A stretch of 64,000 bases of DNA from an uncultured Spirochaetota bacterium (GCA_963783575.1 CAWAOD010000005.1:576001-640000), one strand, 5' to 3'; shown: positions 21,281 to 31,681, counted from the stretch's first letter. Notes: generated from the sequence alone by a model not told the origin. Translations and numbers: made by a program.

Positions 21281-22225
21281 TCAATCCTCTATATTAAGCC
21301 TCAATTTTACGCGATCACCGGCCCTGATCCCGCCATGAATACGGTAAACTGTGCAAATCCAGTCTTCAATTGAAACACGGTATATGATAAAATGACCTGC
21401 AAAACGCACTTCCTCGACAATGCCGGGTCCCATGTCATCTTTTTCTATGGTAAATGACTCGGCCCTGGCATAAATTTCCGACCGCTCTTTCAAATTGCTT
21501 TTATTAATTCCAAGGATATTATGAAGTTTTTCCGGTATGATATTTACATGTCCTAGAAAATCCGCCACTTCTAGGGACACGGGACGATTATAGACTTCAT
21601 AAACGGAATCATACTGGCAAAGCACTCCTCCTATCATAATACCAATCCTATCCGAAATCATAAAAGCTTCCTGAAGGTCATGCGTAACAAGGAGAGTGGT
21701 GATTTTAAATTCCTTCTGAGTTTTCCGGATAAAATCCGCCATTTCGAACTTAAGGTTTTTATCCAGGTTGGCAAAAGGCTCATCTAAAAGTAAAAGCTCA
21801 GGGCTTAGCACCATAGCCCGGGCTATGGCAACCCGCTGCTTCTGCCCGGCAGAAAGCTCGGCAGGATATGAGCTTGATTTTTCAAAAATTCCAAAATGCT
21901 TGAGGATCTCTTGCACCTTAATCCGAATATCTTTTTTGTTTTCATGCCGGGCACGAAGGCCGAACGAGATATTGTCAAATACGTTCATGGTAGGGAAAAG
22001 AACATAGTCCTGAAAAACAAGTATCGCCGAAAAATTATTTTGTTTTTCAATGCTTCCGGCATCAGGATTTTCCAATCCCGCAATAATTTTAAGAAGCGTG
22101 GTTTTCCCTGCTCCCGAAGGGCCGATAATTGAAACCAGCTGTGCTTCATCTACGGCAAAACAAATATCTTTTAAAACGGACTTTCCATTATACTGCTTGC
22201 AAAGTCCTTCTACTTTAAGAACCAT
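21281..22225 (-). CDS. ABC transporter ATP-binding protein (PotA/YnjD-like, C-terminal TOBE-like)
   Basis: GPSGAGKT, LSAGQKQR, LLLDEPF. Confidence 0.9.
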   Translation of the reverse strand: MVLKVEGLCKQYNGKSVLKDICFAVDEAQLVSIIGPSGAGKTTLLKIIAGLENPDAGSIEKQNNFSAILVFQDYVLFPTMNVFDNISFGLRARHENKKDIRIKVQEILKHFGIFEKSSSYPAELSAGQKQRVAIARAMVLSPELLLLDEPFANLDKNLKFEMADFIRKTQKEFKITTLLVTHDLQEAFMISDRIGIMIGGVLCQYDSVYEVYNRPVSLEVADFLGHVNIIPEKLHNILGINKSNLKERSEIYARAESFTIEKDDMGPGIVEEVRFAGHFIIYRVSIEDWICTVYRIHGGIRAGDRVKLRLNIED

Positions 22226-23208
22226 TCAGCCTCGCTTAAGTAAGACTTTATTTTCTTAAAAGTCGCTTCGTTTTTAATAGGCCTGGGAAGATGGACATAT
22301 TCATAATACGCCATATAACACCAGGACATAGCCCTCAAAAGAATTACGCTTTCTGTCAATAATGTCCTCTCCTGTAAAATTTCAAGACTGACACCAGGTA
22401 AAGCCCGTGAATGGTAACTTTTCAGGAAAAGCCTCTTTTCATCATCCGAAAAACGGTAATTTATTTTCCAGAGCGTTGTCGTTGCAACAAGAAAATGAGC
22501 AAGATCCAGATATCGGTATGAAAACACCGCCTTTTCCCAGTCGACCAGGCAGCTTTTATTTTCCCCGATTATAAAATTATGAGAGTTTACTTCCGTATTC
22601 ACAACACATAAAGATTCACCCTCAAAAATTCGGCCCGGATCCTCAAACCTCTTAACCAGCCGGTCATGATAATTAAGAAGAAGGTTATAAACACCGGGAT
22701 ATTCTACGGCCGGGTATTTTTCAAGCATCCTTATGCTCTCGGACATAACTTCATCAAAAGGATCACTCTGAATGATCAATTCTCCTTTCCTCAGGACGCC
22801 GTGGATTTTTGCGAAAATAAAAGCCGCCCGGTCAACGTCTTTTGTATAATCCAGGGGCCTTCCCTCAATATATTCCTCCAGTAATACGCCATTAAACACT
22901 ATGCCATTGTTCATTGTTCCAATAACTGCTTCAGGGTTTTCAGTATTAAATTCTTTATCATAATAAAAGGCGCGAGGCGTCACGCCGGTTTCTTCAATGA
23001 GTTTTAATGTCTTAAACTCGTATTCAATCTGGCTTGAAAGTCCAAGCTGGCTTCCCTGGTTTATCCGGAAAACGTATATTCCCGATTTATCAATGATGCG
23101 GTAATTAGTGTTGTACTCGCCGGAGGCTAAAAATTCCACATTCTGTATGGCCGATAGCCAGCCTTTCCTTTCGGCAAATTCTTTAATCGATTCCGGAATA
23201 TCAGCCAT
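22210..23208 (-). CDS. Aminoglycoside phosphotransferase/choline kinase-like protein
   Basis: LASGEYNTNY P-loop-like start, variant catalytic loop NTEVNSHNF, LVDWEK, DLAHFL. Confidence 0.78.
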   Translation of the reverse strand: MADIPESIKEFAERKGWLSAIQNVEFLASGEYNTNYRIIDKSGIYVFRINQGSQLGLSSQIEYEFKTLKLIEETGVTPRAFYYDKEFNTENPEAVIGTMNNGIVFNGVLLEEYIEGRPLDYTKDVDRAAFIFAKIHGVLRKGELIIQSDPFDEVMSESIRMLEKYPAVEYPGVYNLLLNYHDRLVKRFEDPGRIFEGESLCVVNTEVNSHNFIIGENKSCLVDWEKAVFSYRYLDLAHFLVATTTLWKINYRFSDDEKRLFLKSYHSRALPGVSLEILQERTLLTESVILLRAMSWCYMAYYEYVHLPRPIKNEATFKKIKSYLSEAEWFLK

Positions 23209-23335
23209 TTTTTATTATGCCTCACCTGAAATTTTCTTATTATAGTTTTCATAAAAATTAATTGCAAAATTTATTGATGTTCAATTATTGAATGATTACT
23301 ATTTAATATAGAATTGGCAATAAAGGAGGTATTTT

Positions 23336-24073
23336 ATGCCAAAAGATAAAGTTTCTTATTGGATTACATTACCGGGTTTTATTGTGGCTGTCATTTCCGC
23401 GCTTATCTCACTCATGGCGGGGATAGGAACGAGATTTGACTGGTGGTTTTTCCGAACGGGGCTCACTATCATCGCCGCTTCTGCATTTGTAGGAATAGCG
23501 GGCATTGTTATTTCACTCATAGGAATAATAGCCGTGATTTTTTTGAAAGTAAAAAAGGGTTTAACATATACGATCTTGGGGCTTGTTATCAGCCTTTTAG
23601 TAGCTGGAGGTCCCTGGTCTATGATGAAAATCGCGAAATCTGTACCCCCCATTCATGACATTACCACAGACATGGCTAATCCTCCCCAGTTTTCGGCGGT
23701 ATTAACTCTTCGGAAAAATGCCGTAAATCCGCCCGAATACGGGGGAGCAGTAATCGCGGCTCAGCAGGAAAAAGCCTACCCTGATATCAAACCATTGATT
23801 CTGAATATACCGGCGGACCAGGCTTTTGATAAGGCGCTGAAAACGGCCCAAAAGATGAAATGGAGTATTGTCTCGACAAACCGGGAGGGTGGGATTATTG
23901 AAGCGACAGCAACAACCTTCTGGATGGGCTTTAAGGACGATATTGTCATCCGGATCGCGGTAAAAGACACAGGCAGTCTCCTTGATATCAGGTCCGAATC
24001 CCGTGTCGGAAAGGGAGATTTCGGTGCAAACGCGAAAAGGTTAAGGAGATTTTTAAAAGAAATGCAGAAATAG
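23336..24073 (+). CDS. DUF1499 domain membrane protein
   Basis: 3 TM segments; PPIHDITTD, GFKDDIVIR, DIRSESRVGKGDFGANAKR. Confidence 0.88.
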   Translation: MPKDKVSYWITLPGFIVAVISALISLMAGIGTRFDWWFFRTGLTIIAASAFVGIAGIVISLIGIIAVIFLKVKKGLTYTILGLVISLLVAGGPWSMMKIAKSVPPIHDITTDMANPPQFSAVLTLRKNAVNPPEYGGAVIAAQQEKAYPDIKPLILNIPADQAFDKALKTAQKMKWSIVSTNREGGIIEATATTFWMGFKDDIVIRIAVKDTGSLLDIRSESRVGKGDFGANAKRLRRFLKEMQK

Positions 24074-24092
24074 AAATCTTAAAGGATGTAAA

Positions 24093-24800
24093 ATGACGAT
24101 TTCTGTTATCATTCCGGTTTATGGGGAAGAAGATAAAATCAATGAAATAATAAGCAGACTGAAGGAACAGGCGAATTATTCAGCCTGCGAAATTGAGGTA
24201 GTTTTTTGCAGAACGGATGAAGGAGTAGAACTTAGCGGGCTTGAATCAACCGGTTCACAAATGAAGATCAGGTTTGTTATGTCGGGAAAAGGCCGGGGGT
24301 TACAGATGAATACAGGAACGAAAGCCTCGGCAGGCGATGTTCTGCTTTTTCTGCATGCGGACAGCGTTCTGCCAGATAATGCGTTTGGAAAGATAAAATC
24401 TGCGCTTTCCGATACTGCGATATCCGGGGGTGCTTTCTCTCTCAGGATTGACGTAAAACATCTTTTTTTAAAAGCAGTATCCGCTGTTACAAACCTTCGC
24501 TGCCGGTTAAACCGTATTCCTTACGGCGATCAGGCTTTTTTTATAAGAAAAGATATCTTTGATAAAATCGGCGGATTTAAAGAAATACCGATCATGGAGG
24601 ATGTGGAGCTTATGCGCCGTATCAGAAATGCAGGGTTAAAGATTGCAATACTGAAGGATAAAGTTACGACTTCTGCAAGGCGCTGGGAGAAAGAGGGCTT
24701 TTTTTACACAACAATACGCAACAGGTTTCTTTCGCTTCTTTATACGTTTGGAGTTAAGCCGGAAAAGCTTGCAAATTATTACAGGCCGCATTCGGATTAA
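24093..24800 (+). CDS. GT2 glycosyltransferase, TIGR04283 (rSAM/selenodomain-associated transferase 2, arsenosugar-associated)
   Basis: ISVIIP, GRGLQMN, LLFLHAD, PYGDQAFF, IMEDV, TSARRW. Confidence 0.88.
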   Translation: MTISVIIPVYGEEDKINEIISRLKEQANYSACEIEVVFCRTDEGVELSGLESTGSQMKIRFVMSGKGRGLQMNTGTKASAGDVLLFLHADSVLPDNAFGKIKSALSDTAISGGAFSLRIDVKHLFLKAVSAVTNLRCRLNRIPYGDQAFFIRKDIFDKIGGFKEIPIMEDVELMRRIRNAGLKIAILKDKVTTSARRWEKEGFFYTTIRNRFLSLLYTFGVKPEKLANYYRPHSD

Positions 24801-24810
24801 GGCAGGAATT

Positions 24811-25485
24811 ATGAAAGATAAAGGGATTATACTATTCCTGAAATATCCCGAAGCAGGAAAAGTCAAGACCCGGATAGGGGCCGAGCTTGGGGATGATTTT
24901 ACGGTAGTTCTTTACAAAAAATTTGTGTCGGACATTTTAAAAAAGATTTCATCACTTGAGCCGGATTTGATTATTTATTTTACACCCATGGAAAAGCAAA
25001 AAGAAATCGCTGATTGGCTCGGTTATTCCTTACCTGTTATTCCCCAGTCCGGGAATAATGTCGGTGAAAGGATGCGCAGCGCTTTCCGTGAGCAATTTAT
25101 GGCTGGTTACAGCAGGCTGATCCTTATAGGAAGCGATATTCCCCATATTCCTTCAATATACCTGTTAAACGCATTGAATTTTCTGGAAAATAAGATCCCG
25201 GTTATCGGACCGGCTTCCGATGGGGGATATTACCTGATCGGGTTTAACCGTAATAATTTTCTGCCTTCCGTATTCGAGGGCATCAATTGGAGCACCGGTT
25301 CGGTCTTTACAGAAACTATTACGGCTTTTGAGAAATATGGGTTTAAACCCTCGGTTTTACCGGTATTGAGCGACATCGATACGGCGGACGATTTAAGAAA
25401 AATCCTCCGTGAATATGAAATGTCGGAACTGCCCGAAACTTCTCGTTTCTGGAACCGGGAAAAAGGAAGAATTTATGGACCCTAA
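24811..25485 (+). CDS. TIGR04282/DUF2064 transferase (rSAM/selenodomain-associated transferase 1)
   Basis: KYPEAGKVKTR, QSGNNVGERM, IGSDIP, GPASDGGYYLIG, DIDT. Confidence 0.88.
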   Translation: MKDKGIILFLKYPEAGKVKTRIGAELGDDFTVVLYKKFVSDILKKISSLEPDLIIYFTPMEKQKEIADWLGYSLPVIPQSGNNVGERMRSAFREQFMAGYSRLILIGSDIPHIPSIYLLNALNFLENKIPVIGPASDGGYYLIGFNRNNFLPSVFEGINWSTGSVFTETITAFEKYGFKPSVLPVLSDIDTADDLRKILREYEMSELPETSRFWNREKGRIYGP

Positions 25486-26272
25486 AACTTTATCCGGTAT
25501 TATCTCATTTTTTTCAGTATTTATTCTGGAAAGGTCTTTTCCGCATTATTCCGGAAGACTTCACCATTCGCGCCACACTTTGTATAATCTCTCTATAACA
25601 CTATTGAATGGAATCCTGGGCCGGTTTATTTTTTTGAGTGTGAATATCCTGATCTTCAGTTTTATTGGATTGAAGCGGGCCGGTTTAATTTATTTATTTC
25701 CTCTGCCATATCTGCCGAGGGCGGCAATTGCGTTGCTCCTGTTTGATCTCTGGATGTACTTCTGGCACCTCGCCAATCACCGTATACCTTTATTCTGGCT
25801 TTTTCACCGCGCCCACCATAATGATCCAGAGATGGACGCCTCGACAAGCCTGCGCCTGCATCCGGTTGAGATATGCTTTTCATCGGTAATCCGGCTGCCG
25901 GTTTTTTTGTTGATAGGTATGGATGTTTCAATGCTTGCCATTTATGAATCCGTACTCATGGTCTCTATTTTATTTCATCACAGTAATATTTCATTACCGG
26001 TAAAGGCAGATAAGATTCTGAGGATTTTTATCGTTACACCGGATATGCACCGGATGCATCATTCTATTAATCCGGATGAAATAAACTCAAACTATTCGTC
26101 GATTATCTCCATCTGGGACAGAATATTCAATACTTTTACAAAATGGGGGAACACAAAAGCCATGCCGCTGGGGCTTCGTGTTTTCAGGGAGAAGAAGTGG
26201 CAGACACCCTTGGGAATCCTGGCGGTACCTTTTATGGGAGAAAATAACGGAGGGAACAATGGAAAAGAATGA
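25475..26272 (+). CDS. Sterol desaturase/fatty acid hydroxylase family protein
   Basis: His boxes HLANH, HRAHH, FHHSN, HRMHHS; NYSSIISIWDRIF. Confidence 0.9.
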   Translation: MDPKTLSGIISFFSVFILERSFPHYSGRLHHSRHTLYNLSITLLNGILGRFIFLSVNILIFSFIGLKRAGLIYLFPLPYLPRAAIALLLFDLWMYFWHLANHRIPLFWLFHRAHHNDPEMDASTSLRLHPVEICFSSVIRLPVFLLIGMDVSMLAIYESVLMVSILFHHSNISLPVKADKILRIFIVTPDMHRMHHSINPDEINSNYSSIISIWDRIFNTFTKWGNTKAMPLGLRVFREKKWQTPLGILAVPFMGENNGGNNGKE

Positions 26273-27749
26273 TTTTGATGTCATAGTAATCGGGGGAGGG
26301 GCGGCGGGCATTTCTGCCGTAAAAACGGCCCACGGGTTTGGAAAAAAAACCGCGATAGTTGAGAACAAAAAACTCGGAGGGGAATGCACATGGAACGGAT
26401 GTGTTCCGAGTAAGGCGCTGATTCATGCTGCCGATAAAGCATTTTCCATCAAATCTGAGGCAATAATGGCTGGCAGGAATGTCTCCGAATTTATATCCGC
26501 GGAGGGTTTAACCAAAGGAGGCATGGCCTCTGAAGAAAAGGTAAAAAAAGCCCTGAAATATGTGGAAAAAGTAATACAAAATGTCTATTCCGAAGAAAAT
26601 CCTGAAAGCTTTGAAAAAGCAGGAATCACCGTAATAAAGGGGAAAGCCGTTTTTATCGACAGCCGGACAATTTCAGTTGATGGAAAAAAGCTTAGGGCAG
26701 CCAGGTTCATAATTGCGGCGGGCTCTTCTCCATTTATACCTCCTGTTGAAGGTATAGATAAAGTCCCATATTATACCAATGAAAGCATTTTTGAAATGAC
26801 TGAAATACCTTCCTCGATGATAGTCCTTGGAGGCGGCCCGATAGGGATTGAGCTGGCGCAGGCTTTTGGCCGACTGGGCGTAAAAATAACTGTCGTTGAG
26901 ATGCTTGAGCGCATACTTTTCAGGGAAGATCCCGAACTTACCGGTCTTCTGGAATCACGCCTGCGTTCGGAAGGGATCACACTCCTGACGGGAACGAAGG
27001 CTCTTAAATTTGAGCCGGGTGACGACGGTGTCTCATTGATCATTGAAAATAAACAGAAGGAAAAACAGATGATCTCAGGCCGGGCCGTACTTGTGGCGGT
27101 GGGACGAAGGCCGAATATTGAAGGGCTTAATCCGGATAATGCACGTATAAAATTTACAAAACAGGGAATATTGGTAAACGCTTATCTCCAGACAAGCCAG
27201 CCTAATATTTATGCCTGCGGCGACATTGTCGGCCCGTATTATTTCAGCCATGTGGCCGGGTACCAGGGCATTACGGCCGGAATAAACGTTTCGATCCCCT
27301 TCCGCAGGAAGGCCGACTACAGCCAGGTTCTCTGGACTACTTATTCCGATCCTGAATTGGCAAGGGCCGGGTTGACTGAAGCCGAGGCTAAAGAAAAATT
27401 TGGAAAATCCGTTAGGGTATACAGGGTGCCTTACTCCAAACTCGACAGGGCTAAAACCGAAAGCAGGGAAGAAGGTCTTGCCAAATACATCCTCAATAAA
27501 AAAGGCAGGCTGATCGGGGCCCACATTTTTGGCCATCTTGCCGGTGAATTGATCCACGAGGCGCAATTGGCCCGCGTTTTGAAATTCAATTTTACCCGCC
27601 TTCAATCCGTTATGCATGCCTACCCGTCTTATTCTGATATCATACGGCAGGCCTCTAGGGACGCTTACCTGTATAGAATCCGCAGCAACCCGGTTGTAAA
27701 ACTGGCAGTCCGGCTGGCAGGTCTCTTTTCCGCAAAAAAGGAGAAATAA
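26259..27749 (+). CDS. Pyridine nucleotide-disulfide oxidoreductase (LpdA/MerA-like, lacking MerA C-terminal CC)
   Basis: GGGAAG, GGECTWNGCVPSK, GGGPIGIE, HAYPSY; GGAGG RBS before ATG at 26259. Confidence 0.88.
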   Translation: MEKNDFDVIVIGGGAAGISAVKTAHGFGKKTAIVENKKLGGECTWNGCVPSKALIHAADKAFSIKSEAIMAGRNVSEFISAEGLTKGGMASEEKVKKALKYVEKVIQNVYSEENPESFEKAGITVIKGKAVFIDSRTISVDGKKLRAARFIIAAGSSPFIPPVEGIDKVPYYTNESIFEMTEIPSSMIVLGGGPIGIELAQAFGRLGVKITVVEMLERILFREDPELTGLLESRLRSEGITLLTGTKALKFEPGDDGVSLIIENKQKEKQMISGRAVLVAVGRRPNIEGLNPDNARIKFTKQGILVNAYLQTSQPNIYACGDIVGPYYFSHVAGYQGITAGINVSIPFRRKADYSQVLWTTYSDPELARAGLTEAEAKEKFGKSVRVYRVPYSKLDRAKTESREEGLAKYILNKKGRLIGAHIFGHLAGELIHEAQLARVLKFNFTRLQSVMHAYPSYSDIIRQASRDAYLYRIRSNPVVKLAVRLAGLFSAKKEK

Positions 27750-28445
27750 ATGAAACGCTGGGCAAAACCCCTGATCTTTTTCGGTATTTTAATTGTGATT
27801 TTTATCTTAATCCGTTTTACAAAAATCGGCGCTATCCTGACCTTTGAAAATCTAATGCATTCAAGAGAAGCTGTTAAAAATTTCGTTTCTTTTCACTACT
27901 TAATTTCGGTTTTAATTTTCATTGCCATATACATTATCGTAACGAGTTTTTCCATACCCGGCGCGCTTATTCTGACATTGTCCGGAGGATTTCTTTTCAG
28001 CACCGTTCCCGGTGCTTTATTTGTGAATGTCGGAGCGACAATCGGGGCCTGCAACGCTTTTCTTGCCTCACGCTATTTTCTTGGGGATTTTGTTCAGGAA
28101 AAATATGCTGATAAATTATCCGGTTTTAACTCAGAGATAAAGTCAAACGGGGCAGGCTATCTTCTGACATTACGTTTTATACCGGTTTTTCCATTCTTTC
28201 TTATCAATCTTCTTGCCGGATTGACAAAGGTCCGATTTTTTACATTTTTCTGGACAACATCGGCAGGCATTTTACCCGCTTCACTGGTCTATACTTACAC
28301 GGGCAGCAACCTGGCCGAATTGAAATCGGTTTCAGGCATATTTTCATGGAAAATATTATCCGTTCTCATCCTGCTTGGGGTTTTCTCGATACTTCCAGGT
28401 TTTTTAAAAAAGATTTTCCGAAAAAATAATTTAAGGAGTAATTGA
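27750..28445 (+). CDS. TVP38/TMEM64 (DedA/SNARE-associated, YdjX/Z-like) membrane protein
   Basis: SIPGALILTLSGGFLF, LRFIPVFPFFLINL, GILP. Confidence 0.9.
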   Translation: MKRWAKPLIFFGILIVIFILIRFTKIGAILTFENLMHSREAVKNFVSFHYLISVLIFIAIYIIVTSFSIPGALILTLSGGFLFSTVPGALFVNVGATIGACNAFLASRYFLGDFVQEKYADKLSGFNSEIKSNGAGYLLTLRFIPVFPFFLINLLAGLTKVRFFTFFWTTSAGILPASLVYTYTGSNLAELKSVSGIFSWKILSVLILLGVFSILPGFLKKIFRKNNLRSN

Positions 28446-28455
28446 GGAGGTTTGT

Positions 28456-28905
28456 ATGCGTAAAATTTTGTTTAATATTTTAGTTGGGGTGGCGGTCACA
28501 TCTCAAAGCCAGGGTAAGATAACCCTTGGTGTTGTTGACGGAAAACTTGCCCCCTGTCCTGCTTCACCGAACTGCGTTTCCACACAGGCCGATCCTTCGG
28601 ACAAGGAGCATTATATTCAGCCTATACATTATGCAACAGCCCGTCAGCAGGCGAAAGAAACCCTTTTATCGGCAATTATGGAAATAAAAAAAGTCACCGT
28701 CATAACAAACACCGATGACTACATTTACGCTGAATTCCGGACGGCCCTGATGAATTTTACCGATGATGTGGAATTTTATTTTCCCGAGAATGAGCCTGTG
28801 ATCTATTTCCGTTCCGCTTCCCGCATAGGTTACGGGGATATGGGCACAAACCGTAAAAGAATGGAAGATGTCAGGAAACGCTTCATGCAGAAAATAAAAT
28901 TATAA
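28456..28905 (+). CDS. DUF1499 domain protein
   Basis: LAPCPASPNCVSTQ, FTDDVEF, RSASRIGYGDMGTNRKR. Confidence 0.9.
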   Translation: MRKILFNILVGVAVTSQSQGKITLGVVDGKLAPCPASPNCVSTQADPSDKEHYIQPIHYATARQQAKETLLSAIMEIKKVTVITNTDDYIYAEFRTALMNFTDDVEFYFPENEPVIYFRSASRIGYGDMGTNRKRMEDVRKRFMQKIKL

Positions 28906-28971
28906 GAAAAAACTATCAGACACGTTTCTTTTTTATTATCTGATAATTGATGCTATTCAAAAAAATCTATT

Positions 28972-29009
28972 AATACACCACACTGTCACTAAAAACAGTG
29001 TGGTGTATT
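28972..29009. terminator. Probable bidirectional terminator hairpin between convergent genes
   Basis: 15-bp perfect stem AATACACCACACTGT / ACAGTGTGGTGTATT, 8-nt loop, A/T tracts on both sides. Confidence 0.7.
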
Positions 29010-29039
29010 TTATTGTTTTTTTATACCTGAAGAAATATA

Positions 29040-30098
29040 TTATTTGCTGAACCTTGCCCTTTCATCAAGAGGCACAAGCAGTATTACAATTCTCCTGTTC
29101 TGTGCCCTGCCTTCCTCAGTATCATTTGAAGCGATCGGGTTGTATTTCCCATACCCCGTCGCTTTCATAAGTGAAGGATTTACACCCTGCGATTCCAGGA
29201 ACCGGACAATGGTCGTTGCCCTGGCTGTTGACAATTCCCAGTTGGATGGATATTTCCATTTATATTTATCCGCAATCGGCACATTGTCAGTGTATCCTTC
29301 CACCCTGATCTGTTTATCTGTGATGTTCTTCAAATCTTTTGAAATTCTCTGCAGTACTTTTTCTCCGTTTTTCTTGATATCGGCTCTCCCCGAATCAAAG
29401 AATATTTTATCGAGAAAATCGATGCTGAGCTGGTCGCTCAACTGTTTGATCTTGACATCGCCGTTAGCGATTTCATCTTTAAATTCCGCCGTTAGATTGC
29501 TTGATGTTGCTGTTAATCTTGCTATTTCGGCGTCCTTCTGCGCCGTGATATTGGAATTTTCAGTCGAAATGGATTCCAATCTTTTTTCCAGCCCTGCTAT
29601 CTCATTGTCTTTTGAATTGATCTGATCCTGCAGGGCTTTCATCTTCTGATCGTTATCCTTCATGGTTGCATTCAGGCTGTCGATCTGTTTTCCGAGTACG
29701 CCTTTTTCGTTATTAACAGTGTTTTTCATACTTAAATAATCGTTACTCAGCTTTGATATTGTTTTCATTAAAGCATTATTCTGAACCTGCAGCGTGCCAA
29801 GCTGCTCCTTATCCAGATCCCTGTCTTTATTCAGGCTGTCAATTTCAGCAGCCGAATTGGAATAATCATCCTGAAGCTTGGCAAGCTGATCTTTAAGCCC
29901 GGCGTTCTGAATCAGTGAATTAGAATAGTCGCTCTGAAGACCGGCAAGCTTCGAGCTCAGGTCCTTGTTCTGTGAGGCCAGGCTGGCGTTTTCTTCCTGC
30001 AGTTTTGCCGATTCATCAGGCTTCACAGCGGCCTTTGAACATCCTATAAATAGTATAAGTATTAAAGTTACAATAATAATATACAATGATCTTATCAT
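29040..30098 (-). CDS. Coiled-coil lipoprotein with C-terminal OmpA/MotB-like peptidoglycan-binding domain
   Basis: Lipobox FIGC; heptad-rich middle; FFDSG, VEGYTDNVPI, NWELSTARA, RAQNRRIVI. Confidence 0.88.
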   Translation of the reverse strand: MIRSLYIIIVTLILILFIGCSKAAVKPDESAKLQEENASLASQNKDLSSKLAGLQSDYSNSLIQNAGLKDQLAKLQDDYSNSAAEIDSLNKDRDLDKEQLGTLQVQNNALMKTISKLSNDYLSMKNTVNNEKGVLGKQIDSLNATMKDNDQKMKALQDQINSKDNEIAGLEKRLESISTENSNITAQKDAEIARLTATSSNLTAEFKDEIANGDVKIKQLSDQLSIDFLDKIFFDSGRADIKKNGEKVLQRISKDLKNITDKQIRVEGYTDNVPIADKYKWKYPSNWELSTARATTIVRFLESQGVNPSLMKATGYGKYNPIASNDTEEGRAQNRRIVILLVPLDERARFSK

Positions 30099-30181
30099 AT
30101 AAACCTCCTATGATAAAAATTTCATATAAAAATCATGTTTTGTTCATTATAATCTCATTTCCAAATTAAATATTGTTCCAA

Positions 30182-31018
30182 TTATTTATTCTCGATCTCA
30201 CTCAATTGATAAACCTCTTTATCAACTATTACAATCTGTATCCTTCTGTTCCTTGACTTTCCTTCATCTGTATCATTTGGAGCAATCGGCCTGTATTCAC
30301 TGTAAGAGATTGCTGAAAGTCCGCTGGGATTCAGGCCCTCTTTTTCCTGCAGGTACCTTACAACATTAATAGCCCTTGCCGCGCCTAATTCCCAGTTTGT
30401 AGGATATTTAGCCCTCAGTTCCGATCTTATCGGCACATTGTCAGTATGCCCTTCTATTCTTATGACCTTACCGGTCAGCTGTTTGAAAACAGGGGCAATT
30501 TTATGAAGAAATGTTTCCCCGGCTGGTTTTATGACCGCTTCACCGGAATCAAAAAATATCTTTTCTTTAATGTAAACTGTAATAGCGTTATTTATCACAT
30601 CAAGCTGGATATCTCCGGAGGCTATTTCATCCTTCATTTTATTTTTCAGGTCATTGTAAACAACATCTCCGCGGTAGGCTTTCTTCATTAAAATATCTTT
30701 TTCCGCCTGATCCGCGTCTTTTAACCTTTTGATCTGGTCAATAAGAGAAGCATTAGCTTTTGACAACCTTTCCAGATCAGCGGCAGCAGCCCCTGACTTG
30801 GTAAGCCGGTCAAGCTCAGCCTGGCTGTTGCTCAGATCAGTTTCAAGTTTTTGAGTGTAAGCCTCGAGATCGGCGATCCTTTCCTGCGCCTTTGTGTCCT
30901 CATTTGCCGCAGGCGGATTTGCGGTTACAACCGGTTTAACCTCGGGTTTCTGCGTTCCGCATCCTGCGAATGTCAGTATTCCTATAATACCGGCAACTAG
31001 AACTAAATACTTCTTCAT
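30182..31018 (-). CDS. Coiled-coil lipoprotein with OmpA/MotB-like domain
   Basis: Lipobox FAGC; FFDSG, IEGHTDNVPI, NWELGAARA, NRRIQI. Confidence 0.88.
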   Translation of the reverse strand: MKKYLVLVAGIIGILTFAGCGTQKPEVKPVVTANPPAANEDTKAQERIADLEAYTQKLETDLSNSQAELDRLTKSGAAAADLERLSKANASLIDQIKRLKDADQAEKDILMKKAYRGDVVYNDLKNKMKDEIASGDIQLDVINNAITVYIKEKIFFDSGEAVIKPAGETFLHKIAPVFKQLTGKVIRIEGHTDNVPIRSELRAKYPTNWELGAARAINVVRYLQEKEGLNPSGLSAISYSEYRPIAPNDTDEGKSRNRRIQIVIVDKEVYQLSEIENK

Positions 31019-31681
31019 AATCAATTACCTCCAAATTATTTTTGTATTATTTGATTATATTCTTTATCAGTTTCCATAGATTACTGCCTTTCCAATAATC
31101 TATTTTTAATATTATTAAAAACTTGTCAGAAAGGCAAGTAAGTAATATGAAATATAATATATTTATCCATCCCTTAATATCTGATAATAAATAATTGATA
31201 ATCATAACAGCTCCTCAATGAATCAATACATTTCTTATAATATACAGTATTCCAATTATTCCTATTAAAAATAAAATTGAATTCAGCAGGAAATAATCTC
31301 GAAGAATCATAGCAATAGTTAATAAGAATACAGATAAGATTAAAATAATAATTTTATTCGGATTCATCTTAAAAACCTTTTTTATTTTAATACGATAAAA
31401 AAAGTTAATTAAAAAGAAATAAATCGACATCAGGTTAAATCACTGAATTTTGAAAATTCAGTATCGGGAAAATTCACTTAATTTAATTTCAAACATCAGG
31501 GATTTCCTCTGATAGCAGTAGAAATTTATTATTATGATTTGACGGAAATAATTACTATGCTTATAATTGACACGAATATGACTGATTAATAAAATTATTA
31601 TGATAATAATTATTCCTTATTTTATTTGATTTGATTTTTTAGAAGAATCTTATTAATATAAAAATTGACGGAGGCGGGTTT

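Noticed and set aside
26259..27749. Mercuric reductase merA
   Set aside because: No N-terminal HMA domain, no C-terminal Cys-Cys pair, and no mer genes nearby.
31215..31430. Small hydrophobic ORF
   Set aside because: Lies in very AT-rich DNA where Ile/Leu/Phe-rich ORFs arise by chance; no clear RBS.
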